A DNA stretch of 63,925 nucleotides, filler included, from Trichomonas gallinae (Eukaryota), in the NCBI GenBank assembly GCA_008369845.1. It is 10 parts of 10 records of this genome, joined end to end, with 100 filler letters (N's around TTAATTAATTAA, not from the genome) between each part and the next. Parts side by side here need not be neighbours in the genome. Positions count along the whole stretch, not along the records: positions 40,847 to 47,364 come from MRSU01000198.1; positions 47,465 to 52,161 come from MRSU01000206.1; positions 52,262 to 53,857 come from MRSU01000209.1; 7 more parts are not named here. One strand, written 5' to 3'. Positions 43,053 to 53,433 of this stretch are shown in pieces. A program made the translations under genes and the position numbers. The notes under the pieces were generated by a model. It saw only the letters and a list, made by a program, of their open reading frames with translations. It was not told the origin of the DNA and searched no databases. The stretch's first letter is position 1. Each line of letters opens with the position of its first letter.

Positions 43053-45281
43053 TTAACTTCTGAAAATAGCACCTACTTTCTTGTGGGATCCAGTTAACTC
43101 AGAAGACAAAGTTCTTGCTGATGTCGTGATATTATCCATTATTAGTCTGGCTGTTTCTTCCGGAGTGAACTCACTAGGCTCCACTTCGCATATTGAGTTT
43201 ACCATCTGTAGAATAACAGCGTCGAGGTCATCGAGCGGATTCGTTTTCGCCTTTCTTACTTCACCTGGTTCCACGACGCCTTCGTTGTCGTCATATTCGA
43301 TTTTCTCGTAGACTGCGAGTCTCTGCGTGGCGCTCTGCATGTTCTTCTTCTTCTTTACTGCAACTAATGTCGCTTTGGACTCAGCTGTTGCTGTTTCTTT
43401 CTTGATGTTTAATGATGTTTGTTCTTTCCTAGGAAAAGCTATGTACTTTATAGTATTTATATCGCAAAGATTGTTGTAGTACGTGCAGAACTTGTCGACA
43501 GATGATATACCTATGCCATCTGCTCCGATTTCTTCGAGATTCGTGTTGTTTTTCGCTAAATTGATTAAAATTTCCATTCCTTTGTCTCCAATTGGCGTGT
43601 TTGAGATATTAAGACTCCTGAGTGTTGGCACTTGTGATAATGCAGTGATGAATGAAAGATATTCGTTTGTTGACTTTGTTCCTTCTTTGCCTGCTGAGAT
43701 ATCAATTCCAGTTAAAATTCCTTCCTTTAAAATCGCTAAAAGAGCAGGTAGGACAACACCTGAGACTTCAGTTATGGATCCTGCGAGAGAAATATACTGT
43801 AAAATTGGTTTTTGAGATTCTATGAATTTGAGAAAATGAGGAACAGCTTTTGGAGTAAGCGTATTATTATCTATGATGATATCATTGATAACTGGAACGA
43901 TTTCAGCTCCAGAAAGTGAAGAAAACAAAGATTCAAAATCTGTGTTTTGTAAAGATGAAAGATCTAACATTGTAGGACGTGCATTCTTGCGAGATCCGAG
44001 GGTCTGGATAAGAGATGTGAAGAAAGAAGGTGACAATACGCTATAGGAAAAGTTAATATACGTTAAATTTGGGGCTGTATCAGTAGAAAGCTGCTTTTTG
44101 AGTGTGCAATGGTCAACAATCAAATGAGTGAATGTTTTGGCACCATTAAAAAGCGTTGAAATGAAATCTGAAATATCATCTGATATATTAGATATCTGAA
44201 TATTGGTAAGTGTTCTGTTTTTGGTGATTGTCTGGCATAGCATTCTAGCTGGGACCTGATTCATGTTGATATTATCTATGACTATCGTAGCCAATTTCAT
44301 GAAACAAGGGAATTTTTGTATTGCGCTCATTATTTCCGACCATTCTTGGATTCCAAGGTTACAGTTCTCGAGAGAAATGGCTTTAAGACGTCCATTGAAC
44401 TTATAAAGGTTCTTGAAGAACCTGAAAACGAGAGAAGGATGACAATTCTTGAATTGAACTGTAGATATTTGTGTTTCTTCGCGAGAAGTTAAATCTAAGT
44501 CCACATCAATAGGATTAGTGTAATCAATGAAGTGAAGATTAATAATTGCGAATGATTCCAAAAATAATTTCTGAATAACTTTATCTACTTGTTCCACTGC
44601 ATATCCTTTCAAATTTAATGTTCTAATATCAGAATCCCATGCAATTGCATGCGTAATTGCTTCAGTAGCGTTTCCGGAATAAAAATTGCTATCGATTGAA
44701 AGCGTTCCAGCGTGTTGTTGGTCCCATTCCTTGAACTGCGCAGTGAGAGACTGCGGGAACGGCTTCTTGTAGAAGTGAGAAATCGTGATTAAACGAGTTT
44801 GCAAAGCTTGAAGAGGCCTGACTGGACATTTTTGATAGTTGAGTGCGTTGGCTGGTGTAGATTCGACTTTCAATGCACTGGCATTAGGAACATTGTAATA
44901 ATTGCATGCGTGTTGCATTAATAATATTGTTCCAATGTTCAATGCATTTTCTGTTCTGAAAACGACTTCTTTGATGCTGTATGATATAATGAGAGTGTCA
45001 GGTTCGATATAGGCGACTTTGTTAAGATCATAAACTGTGAAATTTCTTGATAACTCAACGCCAGAGAACTTATTCTTAAACACATACACTGCTGCTGTCG
45101 TAATAAACAAAACTCTTGAATCTTTTCCGCCAGTTGACTTCAAAGTGTCGACTTCTGTTCCGACAATCACTTGTTCTGCAACTCCCCAGAACTTTTTGAT
45201 GTAGACACCCATTTTGTCCTTGGGAATGGTCATGATTGACAATGGTGGACGCTTTTTGTCTTTCTTCGATTGTTCCGCCAT
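43053..45281 (-). CDS. CARMIL-like PH + RNI-type leucine-rich repeat protein
   Basis: N-terminal PH-like region (DSRVLFITTAAVYVF) and RNI-like LRRs (LRSLNISNTPIGDKG, LKAISLENCNL). Confidence 0.7.
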   Translation of the reverse strand: MAEQSKKDKKRPPLSIMTIPKDKMGVYIKKFWGVAEQVIVGTEVDTLKSTGGKDSRVLFITTAAVYVFKNKFSGVELSRNFTVYDLNKVAYIEPDTLIISYSIKEVVFRTENALNIGTILLMQHACNYYNVPNASALKVESTPANALNYQKCPVRPLQALQTRLITISHFYKKPFPQSLTAQFKEWDQQHAGTLSIDSNFYSGNATEAITHAIAWDSDIRTLNLKGYAVEQVDKVIQKLFLESFAIINLHFIDYTNPIDVDLDLTSREETQISTVQFKNCHPSLVFRFFKNLYKFNGRLKAISLENCNLGIQEWSEIMSAIQKFPCFMKLATIVIDNINMNQVPARMLCQTITKNRTLTNIQISNISDDISDFISTLFNGAKTFTHLIVDHCTLKKQLSTDTAPNLTYINFSYSVLSPSFFTSLIQTLGSRKNARPTMLDLSSLQNTDFESLFSSLSGAEIVPVINDIIIDNNTLTPKAVPHFLKFIESQKPILQYISLAGSITEVSGVVLPALLAILKEGILTGIDISAGKEGTKSTNEYLSFITALSQVPTLRSLNISNTPIGDKGMEILINLAKNNTNLEEIGADGIGISSVDKFCTYYNNLCDINTIKYIAFPRKEQTSLNIKKETATAESKATLVAVKKKKNMQSATQRLAVYEKIEYDDNEGVVEPGEVRKAKTNPLDDLDAVILQMVNSICEVEPSEFTPEETARLIMDNITTSARTLSSELTGSHKKVGAIFRS

Positions 45282-46045
45282 TTTTTTAAAAAAAAACGCT
45301 TTTAAGGTTAATCAAGATTTTCATTTAGTGAGGGGCAGATTGAAGAAAACAGGGGTTAAATATCATATCCATATCTAAGCTACAGATACTCCATGATTTA
45401 TATTTATATAGGGATGCAACTTTGGAAGATAAAATAGAGTATGGAAGATATAAAATGCAATCTAGAAGATAAGATATTTTAATATAACTTATGTAATTTT
45501 AAATAAATTTATAAATCACTAAAAGGTTATTTTTGGCTGGAAGATAGCGAAAATGGAGTTTGGAAAATTTCCAGAATATCTTCCGAATTTTTATTCCTAA
45601 TTTATATATTCACAATTAAGAGTCCGTCTGTCAAATCATAAAATTTCCATCATTTTTCTAAGCGTTTGTCAAAACTAATTTACACAATGGATCTCTTAAT
45701 AATTCTATACATTGCCATCTATAGACTGCTTTCTATAGCTTAGATCAATTTCAAATGCTTGTTGTGATTTTTTTTTAAAAAAACACTTTGATCTTACTTT
45801 TTATTTTGATCTTAAATTTTGTGGAACACTAATTCTATTGAGATCTAAATTTAAGTGAGTCGGGTTATAATCATAGTATAATATTACGATATCAAATCAA
45901 TCATAATATAATGTAAAAGTTTGTTTTGACATGAATCATCTTTTTTGTTTTGAAAGGGATTATTTTCGCTTATATGATATATTTTGGTCAGAATATATGG
46001 AATAATTATAGAAAAGTATTGATTTTAGAAAGAATGATAAAATAG

Positions 46046-46417
46046 TTACAAATCATCGTAATCATGATGGAAGAACTGAATTCCGATGATTCCACCGAGT
46101 ATAACAATGCATCCAGCAAGGTCTAAGACTAGTGGCACGATTTTTTCGATCTTACCTATCCTATGTAAGACTGTTGGCACGCCAATGATTGACACTATGC
46201 TAACAACGATTCCCCATACGAGAAAGTCAATAGTTATGATGCCTTCTTCATCAGAGTCATCTTTGTGCAGGTACAATATTGCGAATAAAGCAACGAAGAA
46301 TGCAGGAACTAACTCGATCAATGCGAACCAGTTTTTTGCTAAAAGACACCCTGTGGCTGTCAGAGCTATGCCAATTGTTAAGCATACACCAAGAATAATG
46401 TATGGAAGTGCTTGCAT
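46046..46417 (-). CDS. VPS55: Vps55/LEPROT family 4-TM protein
   Basis: GCLLAKNWFAL...FLVWGIVVSIVSIIGVPTVLHRIGKI matches the Vps55 pattern GCAL..NWWP...GIVVS..GLP.VL. Confidence 0.75.
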   Translation of the reverse strand: MQALPYIILGVCLTIGIALTATGCLLAKNWFALIELVPAFFVALFAILYLHKDDSDEEGIITIDFLVWGIVVSIVSIIGVPTVLHRIGKIEKIVPLVLDLAGCIVILGGIIGIQFFHHDYDDL

Positions 46418-47557
46418 ACTTATGTCACTTTTAATTGGAATCCCGATAATTCGTGCACAATATTCAATTTTAAGTTGTCATTGAATTTTTTTCAATTTGT
46501 AAAATTTTCATTCATCACTGTTTTTTTTTTTTTTTTTTCCAAACTAGAGTCATTGTTTTTCTGATAAAACAAACAATTACTCAATCATAGAAACAATTTA
46601 TGTTTATTCTGGAATATATAGTGCTCATAAAATTGATTTCTGAGGGCATTGAAAATTAACCTTGTCTGACATGTAAAGTTTTAAAATTGACAGTGTAAAG
46701 TCACTAAATTGACCTTTGCTCAGAAAACTAATTTTGCAAATTCAATTCTCTATGATTCAGAGTGGAGTAAAAAATAATTAAAATTTTGGTTTATTCATAT
46801 ATCAATAAGTAACTTTGGTAAAGGAGGCCATAATAAAAGTGAGAGTAGGCAATAAAACGAAAACTCGAGATCGAGAATGTGGATTAATAATATAATGTAA
46901 TGATGCAAAAAATTCGAAAAAAAATTAGATATTTGAAAAAATAAAAATAATATTCGTGATTTTTCGATTGTAATTAGTGAAGATAATATTTATGTTTGGT
47001 ACCGATGATGATGCCTTGGTTAAAATTAGTTATTATCGTAAAAATTAAAAAAATTGAACGAATTTTGATTTTGGAGCGATATTTTTGATTGAAAATAGAT
47101 TTATGTGATATGTAAAGCATTGCTTTGCATATAAAGGATATTTTAATGAGTGCGGAGTAATACGGATAATAGATCAAAATAATTTTAAACGGCAACTAAT
47201 TGACAAATAAATCTCTTTATATGTCAAAATTCGAGCATTTTTGACAATTTTCAATGGCTTAGGTCATTTAACTAACTCTGACAGAACAACAATTTCATAT
47301 TCAGACCATTTTATGAGTTTTTAACCGAACAAAATTGAATAATTCCAAAATTTTTATAAAAAATNNNNNNNNNNNNNNNNNNNNNNNNNNNNNNNNNNNN
47401 NNNNNNNNTTAATTAATTAANNNNNNNNNNNNNNNNNNNNNNNNNNNNNNNNNNNNNNNNNNNNCTATTAAACAATCTAATAGAATAACTTGAAGTAACT
47501 CGGGAGCCAAATTTTCGAATAAGGTTATGAGTCGGAAACCCTTTTTTTTTTTTTTAT

Positions 47558-48130
47558 TGACAAAATGGAGAATTTTGCATGGGTCTGTAAGTTGTTTTCG
47601 AAGAATGTAGTTATTTGAACATATTATATGATGTTTTTATGATGATTGTTTTCTTGATTTCGAAAAAATATCAAAATGGGGAAATTTGCATGAACATTTA
47701 AAATAATTTAGAAGAATATAATTGTTTGATAAACTATTTGATGTTTTAGCTTGGTTGAGTTTTATAGCAAACTGAAAAAATATCAAAAAAAAGAACATTG
47801 TATAGATGAATAAATGTCTTTCGATTAATATAATTATTTGAATACATTATTAGATACTTTTATGATGATTGTTTATTGAGAAAAATTAAAAATGTCAAGA
47901 TGAAGAACGTTGCGTGGATGTTTAATATTTTTCAAATAATCTAATTGTTGAAATATATTATTTGATGCTTTTAGCTTGATTGAATTTATCGAATAGAAAA
48001 AATGTCAAAATGGAGAAATTTGCAAAGATATATAAAATTCTTATGAAGAATATAATATTCTGAACCTATTATTTGTTGCATTTCTGATGAATGTTTTTTT
48101 GATTTTGAAAAAATGGCATGATGGAGAAAA
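47558..48130. repeat. Degenerate tandem array of ~111-bp units (5+ copies)
   Basis: Unit starts at 47558, 47669, 47781, 47893, 48003 and 48114 (tg/atcaaaatggagaa.tttgca...). Confidence 0.85.
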
Positions 48131-48222
48131 ATCATCGTCAAAAATAATATCACTGTAGTATAAAGGTTGCCAATCCGAAGTAAAAAATGAATTTTAGTGT
48201 ACATCGTCACTTTTCAAAAATT

Positions 48223-49482
48223 ATGGCAGAGCCTGAGATTTTAGGAATAATCGTCACAGGTGGATGTGCGCCTGGTTTGAATGGTCTTATATGTGCAGCA
48301 ACAGAATATGCGCTCCGTCTTCACTGGAAAGTCATTGGTTTCCAAGAAGGATATAAATATTTATCTACAGGAGACCCAGAATTGGTTGCTGCACACATGA
48401 AAGAAATCACCGAAGAAATAATCCTCAAGAAAGCCATGTTAGGTGGCTCAGTTGTTAAAACTGATCGTACCGATATTTCTAAAAACCCAGCTGCTATTTC
48501 TAACAGCTACAAAATGCTTAGGCATTTCAAAATTAGATATTTACTCGCAATTGGTGGAAATGATAAACTCAGAATGTGCCATTTAGTTTCTCAAGGCGTA
48601 GATCCAACTGTTTTGCAGGTTATTGCTGTTCCAAAGACGATTTCAAATGATATTCAACTTCCTCCTGAACAATCTGCGCTTGGATTCCAAACGGCAAGAG
48701 CTTTTGGTGCAAAATTAGTTAAGAATCTTGTTTACGACGCTCAGAGCGAATCTACATGGTATATTGTTGAGACAATGGGTAAAGTAACAGGCCACTTGGC
48801 CCATTCCATTGGAGAAGCTTCTGGTGTCGATCTTGTTTTAATTCCAGAAGATTTCGGCAGCAAAGAAATCACATTATCAGAAGTTTGCGATATAGTCGAT
48901 GGATGTATTCTAAAGAAGCGTGCGCAAGGTATTCATTTTGGCTGTGTTCTCATCAGCGAAGGATTATATTTCAAATTCCCTAAAGATGCTCGTGATACTC
49001 GTTTCTACAATACATCACAAAACATTAGCGATATAGAAGTCTGCCGAGCTGTTGCACATGAGCTACGCTGCAGATATGAAAAGAGAGAAATTGAATTACC
49101 GATTTATTCGAAGAAGATTGGATATGAACTTCGTGGATGCAGGCCGCTTTCTTTTGATGCTATCTACGCACGCGAACTCGGCGTTGGTGCAGTTAATGGA
49201 TTTTTGGATGGCCATTCAAACTGCATTTGCCACTGGTACAACGGAAACATTTTCTTCAGATCATTCAAATCTCTCGTTGATCGTAAAACTGGTGAAATCG
49301 AGCCAAGATTTGTTGATGTTACTTCAACTGAATATAAGACAAGCCATGTTTGCATGGTTTACCTGCAGAGGGATGACTTCTCGAACCAAGAGAAGCTCAA
49401 GAAACTTGCTGCAGCTGCCAATACAACACCAGCCCAATTTATGGCTGATTTCGCTCACGTTCCTGATCTTGTTGTGTTTTAA
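48223..49482 (+). CDS. Pyrophosphate-dependent phosphofructokinase-like protein (divergent, probably inactive)
   Basis: GGCAPGLNGLI, GFQEGYKYL, GFQTAR, GHLA, LIPED and GYELRG align with trichomonad PPi-PFK. Catalytic motifs are altered (GGNDK, PKTISND, MGK). Inr TCACT at 48207. Confidence 0.9.
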   Translation: MAEPEILGIIVTGGCAPGLNGLICAATEYALRLHWKVIGFQEGYKYLSTGDPELVAAHMKEITEEIILKKAMLGGSVVKTDRTDISKNPAAISNSYKMLRHFKIRYLLAIGGNDKLRMCHLVSQGVDPTVLQVIAVPKTISNDIQLPPEQSALGFQTARAFGAKLVKNLVYDAQSESTWYIVETMGKVTGHLAHSIGEASGVDLVLIPEDFGSKEITLSEVCDIVDGCILKKRAQGIHFGCVLISEGLYFKFPKDARDTRFYNTSQNISDIEVCRAVAHELRCRYEKREIELPIYSKKIGYELRGCRPLSFDAIYARELGVGAVNGFLDGHSNCICHWYNGNIFFRSFKSLVDRKTGEIEPRFVDVTSTEYKTSHVCMVYLQRDDFSNQEKLKKLAAAANTTPAQFMADFAHVPDLVVF

Positions 49483-49910
49483 AATCTGTATTTACTTCAT
49501 TATAATGTAAATTTTTTCTATATTTCTGTAATTGTTTTGATTTTTCTTCAAAAATGAGCCTATAATAATTAACAATACAATAATGACTTTCAAACAACAA
49601 ATTTTCTTACTCTTGTTCACTAACGTTTCATTATTGCGAAAATAAATTATAAAATATCACTTAAACAAGCAAAAATAGCAATTTAAATAGGATATTTATC
49701 TGATATTCAATTATTATAATTATAGTATTATTGCAAAATTAATCAAAGCATTTTTTTAGATTGAAATTTAATGATTGAGTATTTTAAAAGATTTAACGCA
49801 TTTACAGCTTATACAGTTAAATGATGAAACAATGGAAGTGAAATATAAGCAAAGATTAGAATGGAAATTTATTTTTGGTATCAAAGATAATATTTCATAA
49901 TCACCGTAGT

Positions 49911-50444
49911 TTACTGCATTGTCTGCACGAGCCACTTAAGTCCGTCGTCAAGTCCGGTGCCTGTGATTGCAGAGCAGCCCTGAATCTGCCACTTTCTATC
50001 ACGGATCTTGTGGAGCTCGAGATCTATTGTCATCTGGTCTGGCTTAACAGCTGTAGCAAGGTCCTGCTTGTTAGCGAAGATTAAAACTGGAACTCCTTTG
50101 AGCTTTTCGTCTGAGAGGAGCTGTGTGAGCTCGACACCTGTCTCTTCTAATCTTACTTCATCGCTGGAGTCGACAACCCAAACAATTGCATCTGTATTTT
50201 CATAATAGTTGTCCCAGTACTGGCGAATGGCCTTCTGACCACCGATATCCCAAACGTTGAACTTGAACCCCTCGGATTGGATTGTTTTAACGTTGAAACC
50301 GCGTGTTGGTGTTGTTTGGGTTGGATCTTCGTTGCAAAGGTTGCGGAGGATTGTTGTCTTTCCAGCATTGTCGAGGCCCAAAAGGAGGATACGGGACTCG
50401 TTTGCAGAACGACGCATCTGTTGAAGAAGACGAAGAAGACCCAT
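49911..50444 (-). CDS. ARL3: ADP-ribosylation factor-like GTPase 3
   Basis: MGLL start, RILLLGLDNAGKTTIL, TPTRGFNVK, VWDIGGQKAIRQYW, FANKQDL and IRDRKWQIQGCSA. Confidence 0.92.
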   Translation of the reverse strand: MGLLRLLQQMRRSANESRILLLGLDNAGKTTILRNLCNEDPTQTTPTRGFNVKTIQSEGFKFNVWDIGGQKAIRQYWDNYYENTDAIVWVVDSSDEVRLEETGVELTQLLSDEKLKGVPVLIFANKQDLATAVKPDQMTIDLELHKIRDRKWQIQGCSAITGTGLDDGLKWLVQTMQ

Positions 50445-51062
50445 CTTTTTACTAAATTAATAACGTACAGACAAACATGTTCAATTTAATTTACATTTTG
50501 ATTTACATGTCATATTAAAATGTAAAGTGTCAAAAATATATCGTTGATATGATTCATCTATTTTTCCAATGACATCAGGAGTTAAAATTATCATAATTAT
50601 ATCACATGTCTTTGGATGTAACAAACTACAGAAGAAAGAAGCAATTCAGAGATTCTGCTATTGTAAAGTTGATTTGACATGTAAAGTGCCTAAATTGAAA
50701 TTAATTCAAGAAAAACTGATTACATGAAAACATGTCAAGATTGCTCAACGGAAGAAACCGGAGATTTCAATAAGCGTTTATTCTTGCTGTCAATAAAAAT
50801 GTCGTTTTCAAGTACCTTCGGAAAATGCAAAAACGCCTAAAAACTTATTCCAAGCGTCGACATCCTGACTGTCAGTAACAATAAATTACATTTGCATGAA
50901 CAGCAAGAATTTTGTAGGCATGAAATAAAAAGTCAACGAAATATTGGAACAATATAGATTTTCTGCTGGGGGTACTAAAATAGATTTTAGAATATTAACC
51001 TTATTTTAAAATTTGACATGTTCACGATTAAACGATAGTTGGCACTTTTAAAGCTTTATATT

Positions 51063-51881
51063 ATGGTGTGTGAAGATTTCACTAAAGGTTTGATATTTGT
51101 TATAGCTTTGCTTGTAATTACCCTTATTTTCTGCAATCTTAGCAGATTTTTCAGGCCAGGCCCATTAATGATTTGCGCTCAGTCATTTTCGAGCGGATCA
51201 TTTTTAGCCCTTGCTTTATTGTCATATTTACCCGATACGTTCAGCAAATACAGTCAGCCATACAATTTATACACCGCACTTGCTACTTTCATTTTCTTTT
51301 CAATTGTCGAACATTTTCCAAGTTCATCTTCAAGACATTCACTTCAAGATTCAATGAACTCTGAAGGTTCTACACGTGATTTCTCTCATTTCCTCATACA
51401 TCACTTTTCAACTGTCCCATCAAAATTACATTTTTGGTTTACATATTTATTTTTATTAACAAATGCAGTATTAATGGGTTTCAGCATACATAAATGCCAA
51501 AACCTATCAATAAGCAATTATATTACGTTTCCAGTTGCAAAAATGGTTGAATCATTTACCCTCGGACTTCTACTTCAATCTTATCAAGCTAGATTATTAG
51601 TTTTCTGGTGCACTATCGTTTTATACTCGATTGCTTCACCAATTACATTTATTATACTAAGTCAATTAAAATTCGACAAAGTTGATGATTGTATATATTA
51701 TCTTACTTCTATGTCTGTTGGATTGTTCCTATATATTGGTATTTTGCTCTGGAGGGCAACATTTTTGTTACCATTTGATTGGAGAAGATCTGAATTATTA
51801 ATTGTTTGCGCTTCATTTGCTGCTGCTATATTAATTCAAGCATTAGCAATTATTGGATCTCAAAAAAAAATTATTAGTTAA
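51063..51881 (+). CDS. ZIP (Zrt/Irt-like) transporter-like protein, divergent
   Basis: SFSSGSFLALALLSYLPD (TM2), about 8 TMs, KMVESFTLG, YSIASPI and SVGLFLYIG. Confidence 0.7.
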   Translation: MVCEDFTKGLIFVIALLVITLIFCNLSRFFRPGPLMICAQSFSSGSFLALALLSYLPDTFSKYSQPYNLYTALATFIFFSIVEHFPSSSSRHSLQDSMNSEGSTRDFSHFLIHHFSTVPSKLHFWFTYLFLLTNAVLMGFSIHKCQNLSISNYITFPVAKMVESFTLGLLLQSYQARLLVFWCTIVLYSIASPITFIILSQLKFDKVDDCIYYLTSMSVGLFLYIGILLWRATFLLPFDWRRSELLIVCASFAAAILIQALAIIGSQKKIIS

Positions 51882-52031
51882 TAAACATGTAACATTTCTC
51901 TCTCTTCAAACAGCATTTTTGGATGTTAATTTATTTCTATCAAACTACTCCTTCTTTACCTATACAATTTATTTTTTTTTTTACCTATATTATAGAACAG
52001 AATGTCTACAATTGAAAAATTGATTCATATA

Positions 52032-52161
52032 AAGGTACTCCAGCTGACTTCTGACGCTCCGTTGGCAGCGAAACTTTGGAGATAGGTAGACCATACCATA
52101 GAGGATCTATATGTAGAATATCGAGGAACTCTATCGAGGATTTTTCGAGAAAAAGTATTTT
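52032..52161 (+). mobile_element. Putative DNA transposon terminus (TIR copy 1)
   Basis: aggtactccagctgacttctgacgctccgttggcagcgaaactttggagataggtagaccataccatagaggatctatat has a near-identical reverse-complement copy at about 57691-57769. Runs into the contig end. Confidence 0.65.
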
Positions 52162-52261
52162 NNNNNNNNNNNNNNNNNNNNNNNNNNNNNNNNNNNNNNN
52201 NNNNNTTAATTAATTAANNNNNNNNNNNNNNNNNNNNNNNNNNNNNNNNNNNNNNNNNNNN

Positions 52262-52295
<34 letters not shown>

Positions 52296-52308
52296 ATTTA
52301 TATTGCAA

Positions 52309-53433
52309 TTATTTATTTCTAAAAAACATAAGCTTATCGGGAGTAAGATAATCTGTTATATTTTTATCATTGGGACAGTATTTTGTAAGATCTTCCATTA
52401 CAGATTTAATAAAATAATATTGATGCACAACAGAAGCAGTTAAATAGGGATTGTAATCTACTGAAATTTGGCCCAAAGTATAATCTTCCAAATTGTGACG
52501 AAATCCGGCTAAATGACGTATTCTCGAGCCTGATTTAATAATAGTTATATTGTTATTTTGATATATACCAGAAACTATTAAAAAATTAAATAATCCTTGG
52601 TCATGCAAATCATTCCCAAATGAAAAAAACTGCAACGAAAATGACAAAAAGTGCAGAATATCCCTAGCATTACCGCCGAAATAGCCGGCGCATATGTATC
52701 GGTAATCTAGATTTGTATTATTATATTTATACATACTGATCAATTTGTTGTTCACTACTCCAGCATCCGTTCTCATGTTGCCGCCTTCTTCTGTGATATG
52801 AACTCCTTTTAGAGGAAGATCTTCGCTAAATGGATCCATTTGGAAAAACGAATCATGCATATCTACTTTTATAATTCTATCGATTTGATCAATATTCCTT
52901 CGAATAAAGTTCGTCATGTATATATAAGGTATTGTAAAAATGTCAGCCTTTGATTGTAATTCAATATTACCTATATTAATTATATTGACACTACATTCTA
53001 ATAAATCTTCAAAATTTTCTTTTTTCAGTCTATTATAAGCAATTTCATTAAGAAAAATTACAATGGAGCATTTGGATCTTACGTGTCTAAGGGTTCGAAC
53101 GAGAAGATTTAAATTGAAAGTTCTATCTATTCCAAATAAGAATAAGAAATCTTTTGGAGAACTGTTTTGATTTATATTATAATAGCAAAAGTTGCACTTA
53201 TTGCAAATATTGTTATCATGAATTTGTATTCGCAGTTCAGGCCTATAAAATTCGGTAATATTCCAAACGAAAGAGAAGAAATAAATATTAAAATCTAAAT
53301 TTGGATCTGATTGAGAATGAATAAGGATGAATATTAAGTCGAGTAGAAATAGTGCTATATAAAATATGAACTCTATACGGAAAAAATGAGATATAGAGGA
53401 AAAACGCTTTGTCATGATAGTTTGTTTCAGCAT
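52309..53433 (-). CDS. Type II membrane glycosyltransferase-like protein
   Basis: N-terminal TM helix, RIIKVDMHDSFFQMDPF (DxxD...QxDPF), YICAGYFGG, HDQGLFNFL and VVHQY, typical of GT-A fold enzymes. Confidence 0.7.
   Translation of the reverse strand: MLKQTIMTKRFSSISHFFRIEFIFYIALFLLDLIFILIHSQSDPNLDFNIYFFSFVWNITEFYRPELRIQIHDNNICNKCNFCYYNINQNSSPKDFLFLFGIDRTFNLNLLVRTLRHVRSKCSIVIFLNEIAYNRLKKENFEDLLECSVNIINIGNIELQSKADIFTIPYIYMTNFIRRNIDQIDRIIKVDMHDSFFQMDPFSEDLPLKGVHITEEGGNMRTDAGVVNNKLISMYKYNNTNLDYRYICAGYFGGNARDILHFLSFSLQFFSFGNDLHDQGLFNFLIVSGIYQNNNITIIKSGSRIRHLAGFRHNLEDYTLGQISVDYNPYLTASVVHQYYFIKSVMEDLTKYCPNDKNITDYLTPDKLMFFRNK

Noticed and set aside
50445..50468. Possible 24-nt 5' intron before the ARL3 ATG (minus strand GTACGT...AAAAAG)
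   Set aside because: No YTAAC branch point next to the AG, and splicing would not put the upstream ATG in frame.
52262..52292. Poly-A runs beside gene ends (also about 13114-13136), suggesting retrocopies
   Set aside because: The adjacent genes are on the minus strand, so these are poly-T on the sense strand; they are homopolymers at contig breaks, not poly(A) tails.
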